Made by a program: the position numbers and the translations under genes | Part shown: positions 19,199 through 28,189 of the stretch, one piece after another | How the letters are laid out: every line of letters begins with the position of its first letter | How positions within the stretch are numbered: position 1 is the first letter of the stretch | Notes under the pieces: generated by a model | Seen by the model: the letters and a program-made list of their open reading frames with translations, nothing else | Told to the model about the DNA's origin: nothing | Databases searched by the model: none | Assembly (NCBI GenBank): GCA_937899715.1 | Contig: CALCNX010000049.1 | Location: 66,602 to 130,601 of the forward strand | Reading direction: 5' to 3' | DNA: 64,000 bases | DNA from: an uncultured bacterium | Lineage (GTDB): Bacteria; Bacteroidota; Ignavibacteria; Kapaibacteriales; UBA4661

Positions 19199-20560
19199 AT
19201 GAAAAACTCTATCCGCATCGCTTCAGGACAAGGTTTCTGGGGAGACTTGCTTTCTGCGCCACTCGCTCAGGTGAGCCGGGGCAACATTGATTATCTGATG
19301 ATGGACTACCTCGCCGAAGTAACGATGTCCATCATGCAAAAACAAAAACTCAAAAACCCTGCACTCGGCTACGCAAAAGACTTAGTGGAGGTCTGCGAGG
19401 AAATTTTGCCGCACCTCGTCAAGCACAACATCAAACTCATCACTAACGGTGGCGGTGTGAATCCGCTTGCTGCGCGTGATGCAATTTTTGCCGTTGCTCG
19501 CAAGCTCGGCATTACCGGCTTGAAAATTGGTGTGGTGATGGGTGATAACATCCTCACTAAGATTGATGATTTCGTGGCGGACGGGCACGCAATGAACCAT
19601 ATGGAAACTGGGCAGCCGATTGCGGAAGTGAAAGATAAACTCCTCAGTGCAAACGTCTATTTGGGCGCGTTCCCGATTGTGGAGGCATTGAAGCAGGGTG
19701 CAGATATTGTTATTACCGGGCGCACGACCGACACCGGACTCACACTTGCGCCGATGATTCACGAATTCGGCTGGAGCGCGGACGATTGGGACAAACTCTC
19801 GGCGGGCACAGTTGCGGGGCACATCAACGAATGTGGTGCACAAGCGACGGGTGGCAATTTCCTCGGCGACTGGCGCAGTCTGCCGGACATGGCAAATGTG
19901 GGCTTCCCGATTATTGAAGCATTTCCGAACGGTGAATTTATCGTGACCAAGCACGACGACACGGGCGGGCGCGTCAGCCGCGAAACCGTCAGCGAGCAGC
20001 TCTTGTACGAAATCGGCGACCCTACGGAATACATCACGCCGGATGTGGTGGCAGACTTCACGAGTATTCGACTGGAAGATGTCGGCAAAGACCGTGTGCG
20101 CGTTTTTGGTATTACAGGCAAGCCAAGTACGCCATTTCTCAAGGTCTCGGCAAGCTATGCCGACGGTTACTTGGCATTTAGTTCTCTCACATACTCCGCA
20201 CCGGACGCGCTCGAAAAGGCGCAAATGGGCGATAAAATCTTGCGTACACGGCTTTTGGACAATCTAAAACTGCAATTTGACGAAATTCGCACGGAGTTTA
20301 TCGGCATGAATGCGTGTCACGGCGGCATTGCCAAAGCAATTGAGCCAAACGAAGTAATGATGCGCATTGGGGTTCGTTCACGCGACTTCAAAGCAGTGGA
20401 GCGCTTTGGCAAGGAAATCGCACCACTCATTCTGACGGGACCACCATCGGTAACAGGCTTTGCAGGCGGTCGCCCGAAGCCGAGCGAGGTCGTAGCATAT
20501 TTTCCAGCGCTTATCAAAAAAGAAGTCATTCAGCCGGAAGTGATTGTCGAAGAGGTGTAG
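19199..20560 (+). CDS. DUF1446 / AtuA-like family protein
   Basis: From ATG 19199: MKNSIRIASGQGFWGDL..., the conserved N-terminus of acyclic-terpene-utilisation AtuA-like proteins. About 450 aa, the typical length. Assignment from memory of the family signature. Confidence 0.5.
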   Translation: MKNSIRIASGQGFWGDLLSAPLAQVSRGNIDYLMMDYLAEVTMSIMQKQKLKNPALGYAKDLVEVCEEILPHLVKHNIKLITNGGGVNPLAARDAIFAVARKLGITGLKIGVVMGDNILTKIDDFVADGHAMNHMETGQPIAEVKDKLLSANVYLGAFPIVEALKQGADIVITGRTTDTGLTLAPMIHEFGWSADDWDKLSAGTVAGHINECGAQATGGNFLGDWRSLPDMANVGFPIIEAFPNGEFIVTKHDDTGGRVSRETVSEQLLYEIGDPTEYITPDVVADFTSIRLEDVGKDRVRVFGITGKPSTPFLKVSASYADGYLAFSSLTYSAPDALEKAQMGDKILRTRLLDNLKLQFDEIRTEFIGMNACHGGIAKAIEPNEVMMRIGVRSRDFKAVERFGKEIAPLILTGPPSVTGFAGGRPKPSEVVAYFPALIKKEVIQPEVIVEEV

Positions 20561-20720
20561 GGGTTTGGTTATAGTTCAGATGACGGAACGCAGATTTTCA
20601 AGATTTCAGGATAAAGAGGATGTAGTATTGAACACGAGCAAAATATCAAGAGTCTGCGCTCCGTCTCAATAATCGACTGAAAAATTACATTATGCAAAAA
20701 AGCGCGAACAAGTGCTGCCG

Positions 20721-22574
20721 TTATTTCCACGGCAGCACTTTTCCGTCAAGATTTTGCATGGTAATACCAAGAATCTGCGCCAATGAGGGGGCAATGTCCG
20801 ACGGCGCAACACGTGCGTCCTTGTAGTAGCCGGCTCTTACGCCTGCGCCCATGAACATCAGTGGCGAGTGGCGGTCGTAGTCGTGCGGTGTGCCGTGCGT
20901 GGCGGTTGCGCTGCCGATAATCCAAAACTTTGAGGGGTAAAAGACGATTTCGCCCGTGCGCTGCGGGAAGTAATCATTGCGCACAAGTGCAAACTGCCAT
21001 GGGGAGACATTTTCAGGGCATCTGTTCGTCTCCAACTGAGCAGCAGTCAGTACGAGTCCGATGCCGTTCATCCGCGTCAGGAAAGCGGCAAGCGAATCAA
21101 TAATCTGCCCTCGTGCCGGAGCGGGAGTCGCACCAAATGGCGTTGTGGAAACAAGGTCGAGAGCTTGCTGGTTAATAAAAATGGAGGGTGGTTCGTAGAA
21201 ATCAACCCACCGTGCTGCTGCTCCCACCGGGAACGTTTGGTGCATATAGGCTTCGATGCCTTCAATCATATCCAGTGGTCGTAAGCGTCCTGCGTCCGCG
21301 CCCGGAGTCTTGTACTTGGTGTATTCTGGCACGGGAGCTACACCGTGGTCGGAAGTAACGACAAGTGTATAGTTTCTGCGTCCTACGGCGCTGTCCAAAA
21401 AGTCAATCCAGTTACCCACCATCTTATCAACCTGCACATACATTTCTTGCACCTCGCGGCTGTCCGGTCCGAAGGCGTGTCCGGCATAGTCGGTCGCAGA
21501 GATGCTCATGCAGAAAATATCCGGTACATTGTCTTGCGCAATTTTTTCTTCCTTGAAAACGGCTTTGGCAAACTTAAAGAAATGCTCCACTGACTGAGGC
21601 ATCACAAGAAAATTGCTGCTGTAGGAATCAATGGTTGCTGTGGTATTCATATTGTTCACGGTGTGAGGGAATACGCTCCGCAGCTTGCCGAAATTACCTT
21701 CCCAGCGTGCCGTGTCCGGCAGCGCAAAGTCTTCGTTGACCTCAGAGTTCCATACTTTACCCGCGTAGTCCTTGAAGCTGTTTTTCTCATTCCATTTCTT
21801 GAGCCATGTCGGTAATTCTTTAAAGTAATAGCTGGATGTAGTATAGCCCCCGGCTTCAAATTCAAACCAGTATGCTGCATCGGCGTTATGACCGGACATG
21901 AGGACTGCAGCACGGTCTTTTTGAGAAATACCGACCACGCGACTTTTGGGAGAAATTGCCTTGAGATAATCGCCAAGTGTCGAGACTTGCAGGTTAATGG
22001 GAGAACACCATTCTTCAGGCTTGGACATTCCAAATGTTTTGTTCGCTGTGTCTTGAACGCAGTAGAGCTGGCGACCAGCAACACGGTCGTAATAGTCATT
22101 CGAGACAATGCCGGACTTCCACGGATACACACCCGTCAGATGGACGGAGTGTCCGGGAGCGGTGATGTTAGAGGCGTGATTGAAATAGCACTGCGGGAAA
22201 TAAGCACCCTGCCGGACGATTCTATTAAAACCCTGTTGTGTCCAGAGATTACCCCATCTATTCGGATAATCACCGCGCATTTGGTCAAACGACATCACAA
22301 CAATAAGTTTTGGTGCGTCAGGTCGCAGAGACGAGGTAGTAACGGAAATTGCGGGAAATTTTTTGCTAAAGATAACTTCTTTCGGAGCATCTTTGGGCGT
22401 TTCGTTGGGGGCTGCTTTTGATGATTCCCCTGCTGATTTTTTAGAAGAGTTTTTTGCACTCTTGGGCGCCTGCGCCGAAAGCGGTAAGGACAAGACGGTC
22501 GGAACCAGTACCAGCGCGGTACAAAGAGAAATAGCCAAGGAACACAAGGTTGAGTGCAGCGCAAATCGCATCAT
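20721..22574 (-). CDS. Alkaline-phosphatase-superfamily enzyme (type I phosphodiesterase / nucleotide pyrophosphatase-like), secreted
   Basis: Signal peptide from the MMRFALHSTLCSLAISL start. Core FDQMRGDY...NITAPGHSVHLTGVYP...TSDHG, the metal-ligand pattern of the AP/NPP superfamily. Confidence 0.7.
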   Translation of the reverse strand: MMRFALHSTLCSLAISLCTALVLVPTVLSLPLSAQAPKSAKNSSKKSAGESSKAAPNETPKDAPKEVIFSKKFPAISVTTSSLRPDAPKLIVVMSFDQMRGDYPNRWGNLWTQQGFNRIVRQGAYFPQCYFNHASNITAPGHSVHLTGVYPWKSGIVSNDYYDRVAGRQLYCVQDTANKTFGMSKPEEWCSPINLQVSTLGDYLKAISPKSRVVGISQKDRAAVLMSGHNADAAYWFEFEAGGYTTSSYYFKELPTWLKKWNEKNSFKDYAGKVWNSEVNEDFALPDTARWEGNFGKLRSVFPHTVNNMNTTATIDSYSSNFLVMPQSVEHFFKFAKAVFKEEKIAQDNVPDIFCMSISATDYAGHAFGPDSREVQEMYVQVDKMVGNWIDFLDSAVGRRNYTLVVTSDHGVAPVPEYTKYKTPGADAGRLRPLDMIEGIEAYMHQTFPVGAAARWVDFYEPPSIFINQQALDLVSTTPFGATPAPARGQIIDSLAAFLTRMNGIGLVLTAAQLETNRCPENVSPWQFALVRNDYFPQRTGEIVFYPSKFWIIGSATATHGTPHDYDRHSPLMFMGAGVRAGYYKDARVAPSDIAPSLAQILGITMQNLDGKVLPWK

Positions 22575-22667
22575 AGAGCCAATAAATGAAAGCCTGAAAA
22601 AATGCTTAGAAAAAGCAGGTTTAGCCGCACAAGATACAAAATTCATACCGATAATAAATATCTAATC

Positions 22668-23384
22668 TCACGAGTAAAGATACCGTAAAAGCCGACGCTT
22701 GGCAACTGGTAGAATAGTCTCATGGAATGGAAACTCTAGGTCGGTTTCAAAAGAGTATGTTGCAGGATTCGGAAGGTCTGGAAATTCTTGTACCAAGTCC
22801 AGTTTAATATTTTGTGCGGGCTGCATAATTGTAGTCTGACGAAGCGATTTGATGACCGATGTTTTCAGGCTGCGGTAACGCTCACCGGCACCGCTAAAAA
22901 TGGACACCTCATACTTGATGAGATGCAGTACCGATGCGGTGTTATCGGGAATAAACAAATAACCTTCTTCCAGATACGACGGAAGTATGCCCACGATTTC
23001 AAGCGCGAGGTTCTCGTCCACAAACTCAAACATGGTCTTCCCTTCCTCAATAGCATCCTGAATATGCGGCAAAGACCACAATATGAGATCGCGTATTTGC
23101 TCGAAGTCGTCGTCGCTAATAGGTGTTTCTTCGTAAATAATTTTTCGTTCTTTGAGATTAAGATCTTTGATGCTGCGGTGCGCTTTCAAGCGAAGGTTAT
23201 CAGCGCTATTGGTGATAGCCTGTAGTGTGTTGAATAGCTCAATAAGCGCATTGAGGTCTGGGAAAATTCTGTTGTGCTGAAAATTTGTCCGTATTGTTTT
23301 TAATCCGTTCAGAATTTCAAAGCGAGTGCGCTCGGTATCGTAAACGGCATTAACGAAAGTGTTGATAGAAAGTGCGGGTAACAT
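22668..23384 (-). CDS. Hypothetical protein
   Basis: 238-aa ORF. No family recognised. Confidence 0.45.
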   Translation of the reverse strand: MLPALSINTFVNAVYDTERTRFEILNGLKTIRTNFQHNRIFPDLNALIELFNTLQAITNSADNLRLKAHRSIKDLNLKERKIIYEETPISDDDFEQIRDLILWSLPHIQDAIEEGKTMFEFVDENLALEIVGILPSYLEEGYLFIPDNTASVLHLIKYEVSIFSGAGERYRSLKTSVIKSLRQTTIMQPAQNIKLDLVQEFPDLPNPATYSFETDLEFPFHETILPVAKRRLLRYLYS

Positions 23385-23823
23385 AGCGGTATCTCCTTGA
23401 GAAAACTAAACTTGGTCTATGAGCTAGAAAGTACGGAAGGGTAAAATTGGGAAAACAAAACAGCGCTCGCTATCAATCGGACTGTGCATGGTTAACAATA
23501 TAAAAGACAGGAAATCAATAGCAAACAAAAAAAGCCGCTTTATTATGCAGCTTCTGAACAAATTATGCGAATACCGATCTGTTTTTTCGCAGATCGTCCT
23601 CTCTTACTCCCTTTCGAGTACTTGATTGTCTTTTTCGTCTTACGCTTTCCGAAGCCTAGAAAGGGCTGAAGAAATTTGTCAGATGGTATTTTCCTTGCGC
23701 TCCACAGCTGTTCTGTGGATTATCGTTCTGTCACCAGAAAGGGAATAATTTCTTACTTCCGAGATTATCTCAAAGGATAATTATGGCGACTGTCTCTCTT
23801 TGACCCCCAAAGTGTCTCATAAT

Positions 23824-23866
23824 AAAAAAGCCTGAAGCATACATTTATGCATCAGGCTTTTTATTT
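23824..23866. terminator. Bidirectional rho-independent terminator
   Basis: aataaaaaaGCCTGAAGCATacatttATGCATCAGGCtttttatttg is a GC-rich hairpin flanked by A-run and T-run. Confidence 0.6.
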
Positions 23867-24260
23867 GTTCAATGGTGCCAGATTCCGATACCCGAAGTGT
23901 GGCGTATTTCTTACACTGTCAGAATAATACCTCAGTCGGTGTAGAAACTGCTGGAGAGTTAGTCTTTGCGTGTGCCGCTGGAACCGAAGTTCCATTGCGT
24001 GCAGCACACAACGCGCTGGGAGCCAGAAACCCGCAATTTTAGTGTTTTTGGCGTTACCGACGACTTTTGTGCGGGTTCGGAATTGCTTTGGAAGCCGCTT
24101 TCGGGCTGGCTTGAATATGTATCGCTTGTATTGGTTGACAGCGAGCGATAGGACGATGAATCCATAGAGACGTTTTTCAAATGACGGTTGTAAAGTAAAC
24201 AAAAAAGGTAAACTGTTGTAAACCCTGCCCGTACATTTGAACAAATAGCGTGCCGAATTA

Positions 24261-25994
24261 TCAAGCAGGCGTTTTGGTCAAAATAAAATCGCCAATCACC
24301 AACGCATCCAACCCCGTTGAGAAAAAGCAGCGGAGCGCATCCTGCGGTGTACACACTGTCGGCTCGCCTTGCACATTGAAGGATGTATTGATGAGAATTC
24401 CATAACCAGTGCGCTTCTCGAACTCGTCCAGCAGCGTCCAGAAAAGCGGGTTAGCTTCTCGCGTAACGCGCTGTGTCCGTGCCGTGCCATCCACGTGGAC
24501 GCACGAAGGAACGCTGGAGCGTTCCGCCTCAGCAAAGGGGAGCGCGACGACCATAAACGGCGAATCCTTACCGCTTGGAATAAAGCGTTCATAACTTTCT
24601 GCTTTGATTGACGGACAGAATGGTCGCCATGTCTCGCGGTGTTTCACTTCGAGATTCAGTTTATCTTTCATGTCAGGAAAAATTGGGCTTGCCAAGATAG
24701 ACCGCGCACCCAATGACCGTGCGCCAACCTCCATCGAACCCTGCATCCAGCCGATAATTTTTCCATCAGCCAGCATTTGTGCTGCTTCCGAGGCGATGTT
24801 ATCGCTTTTACGGTAGTGCGCCTTTGCATTTTTTAGCACCGTCTCAATAGCATCATTGGAATAGCTGGGACCCCAGTAGGAATGTGCCATTGTGAAGCGT
24901 GGATTGTCGCCAGCGTCTTGCGCTCCAAGCAATGCCGCTCCCAGCGAAACGCCGTTATCTGTGGCGGCGGGCTGCACAAAGAGGTTTTTCACAACATCCA
25001 TTTGGGCAATTTTGCCATTCAAAGCGCAGTTCATTGCCACACCACCTGCCATGCAGAGATTTTCTGAACCCGTCAGTTTGTGCAAACGCTTCACTAAGCC
25101 CATCACCACTTGCTCCAAACGCCACTGCACGGCAAAAGCAATATCCGCATAATTCCCCTCCAAAGCAGACTGGTTACGGCTTCTGGGCTTGCCGAAGATT
25201 TCGACAAACTCGTCCGTGAAGCGCCGTCCGTACTTGTGGGTGCCGATAAAGCGCAAATACGGGTTGATAGCATAATGCCCTGTTTCTGGGTCGAAAGACA
25301 GCATTTTGTCCAATTTGTCTTGCAAGTCTTGGTCGTACTTGCCGTAGGAAGCCAAGCCCGTTACTTTCCCTTCGTCCATGTAAGGCTGAAAACCTAAAAA
25401 CTCTGTGAAGGTAGCATACAAGCCGCCAAGCGTGTGCGGGAGCTTGTAGGTATCCACGACTTCAATACCGTTTTTCGTACCTTTAGCCAGCATGGTGCAT
25501 ATTTCCTCACCGGAACCGTCAAGGCTGATAATATTTGCTTCCTCGAAGCCTGACGCAAAAAATGCCGATGCCACGTGCGAAAGGTGATGCGAGTAGTATT
25601 TAATCGGCGGCACAGTATTGGTCGGCGAGAGCGAGCGCAAGCCCAGATGAAGACTTTGCTCAATGCGGTCGGGATGATACAGATTCAAGCGATATGATTG
25701 CTGGAGTTTGTTGTAGGCGTGCGTGTCGGGATATTTGGTGTGTTGCTCTTCGTAGAAAACCGGAGCTTGCAGGCTATAGCGCGTACAGTCCCAACCGTAG
25801 GCGATTTGGTCAATATCATCAAGATTAACATTTGCTTTTTCAAGGCAAAACCGTGCGGCTTTGAAGGGAAAATCATTAGGCGAGGTCTTGATGCGATTAA
25901 AACGCTCTTCCTCTGCCCAAGCCACCAATTTGCCGTCAATGACAAGCGCAGCGCTGGGATTAGGTCCGGGGGCAAACATACCGAGAATTTTCAT
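24261..25994 (-). CDS. NodU/CmcH-family carbamoyltransferase
   Basis: MKILGMFAPGPNPSAALVIDGKLVAWAEEERFNRIK... is the Kae1/YrdC-like carbamoyltransferase N-domain. The C-terminal domain and ~577 aa are typical of O-carbamoyltransferases. Confidence 0.8.
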   Translation of the reverse strand: MKILGMFAPGPNPSAALVIDGKLVAWAEEERFNRIKTSPNDFPFKAARFCLEKANVNLDDIDQIAYGWDCTRYSLQAPVFYEEQHTKYPDTHAYNKLQQSYRLNLYHPDRIEQSLHLGLRSLSPTNTVPPIKYYSHHLSHVASAFFASGFEEANIISLDGSGEEICTMLAKGTKNGIEVVDTYKLPHTLGGLYATFTEFLGFQPYMDEGKVTGLASYGKYDQDLQDKLDKMLSFDPETGHYAINPYLRFIGTHKYGRRFTDEFVEIFGKPRSRNQSALEGNYADIAFAVQWRLEQVVMGLVKRLHKLTGSENLCMAGGVAMNCALNGKIAQMDVVKNLFVQPAATDNGVSLGAALLGAQDAGDNPRFTMAHSYWGPSYSNDAIETVLKNAKAHYRKSDNIASEAAQMLADGKIIGWMQGSMEVGARSLGARSILASPIFPDMKDKLNLEVKHRETWRPFCPSIKAESYERFIPSGKDSPFMVVALPFAEAERSSVPSCVHVDGTARTQRVTREANPLFWTLLDEFEKRTGYGILINTSFNVQGEPTVCTPQDALRCFFSTGLDALVIGDFILTKTPA

Positions 25995-26033
25995 AAAGTT
26001 CGTAATGGGTTGAATGAAGAAAGTAAGCTGTGT

Positions 26034-26462
26034 TTACCGCATACCTTTGAGTGTCATTTGTGCTTTGATAGGATGCGCAGGATTGACAACCAATTTTTGC
26101 TGGTTAAGGTCTATAATTAAATCCATATCTTCGATGGGAATAGCGCCGAGCAAGCATTCGGCATCCCCCGGCACAACAACGGCTCGTACCGTTGTTTCGC
26201 GGTTTGCAAATCGTATATCCACCGGACCGACAACATCCGCCTCAAAGACCGTGCCGTCGGCAAGAGTAGCGGTGCGCTGTTCGAGGGTTTTCAATTTGAG
26301 TTGCTCTCGAACCGTTTCGTTGATAACAAGTGTGATTGCTCCTGTATCCACAAGCGTTTGTACTTTCATGCGGCGTATCTGCTTGCGTTTGATACGACCT
26401 TCATCAAAAGCGAAAATGTCTGCTGTGCGGATAAGTTCAATTTCTGTACGCAATAGTCCCAT
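26034..26462 (-). CDS. Retropepsin-like (clan AA) aspartic protease
   Basis: 142 aa with VDTGA (LVDTGAITLVINETV) catalytic Asp-Thr-Gly-Ala. The size is typical of bacterial retropepsin-like proteases. Confidence 0.65.
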   Translation of the reverse strand: MGLLRTEIELIRTADIFAFDEGRIKRKQIRRMKVQTLVDTGAITLVINETVREQLKLKTLEQRTATLADGTVFEADVVGPVDIRFANRETTVRAVVVPGDAECLLGAIPIEDMDLIIDLNQQKLVVNPAHPIKAQMTLKGMR

Positions 26463-26491
26463 GAAGCCTCCAAGGGCAAATGGAAGTGAAA

Positions 26492-27886
26492 TTAAAGAAT
26501 CACGCCGCTCGAATTGACGACGCTGACCGTACCAAAATTACGCAATTTTTGTTGTAAATGCTCAACATTCCCCGAAGCGGCAATGACAACGCCTTCAGTG
26601 CTAAAGCGGCGTTGCTGGACTTCAAAAAGGCGCTCCTTCGTCATGGAGGCAAGTTCGGCGAGGTATCGGGCGTGATAATCCTTTGGCAACCCGTATAACT
26701 CCAATGTACTCAGGAGAGAAACTACTTGGGTGGGAGTTTCGGTGCGGAGCGCGAAGGAACCAATCATATATTTGCGTGTGGTCTCAAGCTCGTCGTCAGT
26801 AATGGGTTCAGTGCGCAGGCGCTCCATTTCGCGCAAAATCTCGCCGACGGCGCTTTCGACGACATCACTTCCCACGTGTGAACTGACGATGAGTACGCTG
26901 CTATGCTTGCGAGCGTCTATGCTGCTTTGAACGCCGTAGGTGTAACCTTTTTCCTCGCGAAGATTGTGATTGAGCCGCGAGATAAAGCTCCCGCCAAAAA
27001 TGGTATTGAGGAATTGCATCGGTATAAAATCCGCATCTGCGCGATTGGCAGTACGGAATCCAAGACGAAGTGAGGTCTGAGCGGAGTCAGGTTTTTCGAT
27101 GAGCATGACCTTGGTCGCTTGTTTGCCTGGCTCTTGGTTACTTGGAATTCGTAATTTATGATTTGTGCTTTCTGCTGTCCCATCATTCGTCATTCGTACT
27201 TCCAGCTCCTTCGCAAGGTTGTCCACATCAAATTTTCCTGCCGCAGCAATAAAGAGATTGCTTGGTTGCAAGCTGCGTTTGTAAGCTCTCTGGCAGTCTG
27301 CTTGCTGAAGGTTGGCAATAGTTTCAAGCGTTCCGACGACAGGATGCCCATATTTCTCGCCGCGAAACATTCCCTGTGTAAAGGCAATGGAGGACAGGTA
27401 TGCCGCATCATTGTTGGCTTGTTCGATTTCGACAATCGTTTGCTGGCGTGTGCGCTCAATTTCCTCCGGTGGAAAGCTGGGATACCGCACCACATCGGTC
27501 AGCAAATCAAGTCCGGTCTCGGTAAAATCGGACAAAATGCTCAGATGCGCCGAAAGTGAATCAAACACGCAGGACACCGAAAGCGAGCCACCAGTGAAAT
27601 CTATTTCCTCTGCGAGAGCCTGCGCGTCGCGGGTGCGTTCGTCCGATTGTGTTCCTTTGTTCATCAGCGATGCCATGAAGTTTGTTGCACCCCATAGCTC
27701 TTCGTCCGCCGCCCCGCTTCGAGAGACAATACTCATGGTGAGAAGAGGCTGCGAAGAGTCCTCCACAGCAATCAAAGTTATGCCATTTGCAAGGGTAATT
27801 TCTTTATGTGCTGCCAAGGTGAATGTCGTCGGAGTCTCAATAATGGGCGGTTTGGTGAGCATTATGTACGGGAAAAGTATAGCCAA
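26492..27886 (-). CDS. M16 (pitrilysin/insulinase) family protein lacking the HxxEH zinc-binding motif (non-catalytic type)
   Basis: M16 N- and C-domain architecture. At the position of the HxxEH inverted zincin motif it has NFMASL, so it is probably the inactive partner type. Confidence 0.7.
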   Translation of the reverse strand: MAILFPYIMLTKPPIIETPTTFTLAAHKEITLANGITLIAVEDSSQPLLTMSIVSRSGAADEELWGATNFMASLMNKGTQSDERTRDAQALAEEIDFTGGSLSVSCVFDSLSAHLSILSDFTETGLDLLTDVVRYPSFPPEEIERTRQQTIVEIEQANNDAAYLSSIAFTQGMFRGEKYGHPVVGTLETIANLQQADCQRAYKRSLQPSNLFIAAAGKFDVDNLAKELEVRMTNDGTAESTNHKLRIPSNQEPGKQATKVMLIEKPDSAQTSLRLGFRTANRADADFIPMQFLNTIFGGSFISRLNHNLREEKGYTYGVQSSIDARKHSSVLIVSSHVGSDVVESAVGEILREMERLRTEPITDDELETTRKYMIGSFALRTETPTQVVSLLSTLELYGLPKDYHARYLAELASMTKERLFEVQQRRFSTEGVVIAASGNVEHLQQKLRNFGTVSVVNSSGVIL

Positions 27887-27995
27887 AGAGTCTATGGATT
27901 ATTACAAAAGTACATTTTTTTTTCGATGTTGTAAAAAAGTTCTTGACTTTTGCAGCAATGTATCGTATTTTTGTTTTCTGTTTTTCAATAAACAC

Positions 27996-28069
27996 TCCGA
28001 AGTAGCTCAGTTGGTTAGAGCATCTGACTGTTAATCAGAGGGTCGTAGGTTCAAGTCCTACCTTCGGAG
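27996..28069 (+). tRNA. tRNA-Asn (anticodon GTT)
   Basis: The cloverleaf was folded by hand. Acceptor TCCGAAG/CTTCGGA. D-arm GCTC-AGTTGGTTA-GAGC. Anticodon stem TCTGA/TCAGA with loop CTGTTAA. T-arm GTAGG-TTCAAGT-CCTAC. Discriminator G. Confidence 0.9.
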
Positions 28070-28085
28070 CAGAAAAGGTACAATA

Positions 28086-28117
28086 AAAAGCCCGTAGATA
28101 ATTCTACGGGCTTTTTC
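28086..28117. terminator. Rho-independent terminator after tRNA-Asn
   Basis: aaaaaGCCCGTAGAtaatTCTACGGGCttttt. Confidence 0.7.
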
Positions 28118-28189
28118 CTTGTTTGAACGCTTTTCTACGGAATTGGATTGAGTCTTAATGCATATCGCAAGCTGGGGTAAATATGTTCT

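Noticed and set aside
23861-24244. 127-aa highly basic minus-strand ORF
   Set aside because: Its composition (R/K/F-rich) looks like an out-of-frame read. The alternative 68-aa Ser/Thr-rich frame is the one flagged, cautiously, in findings.
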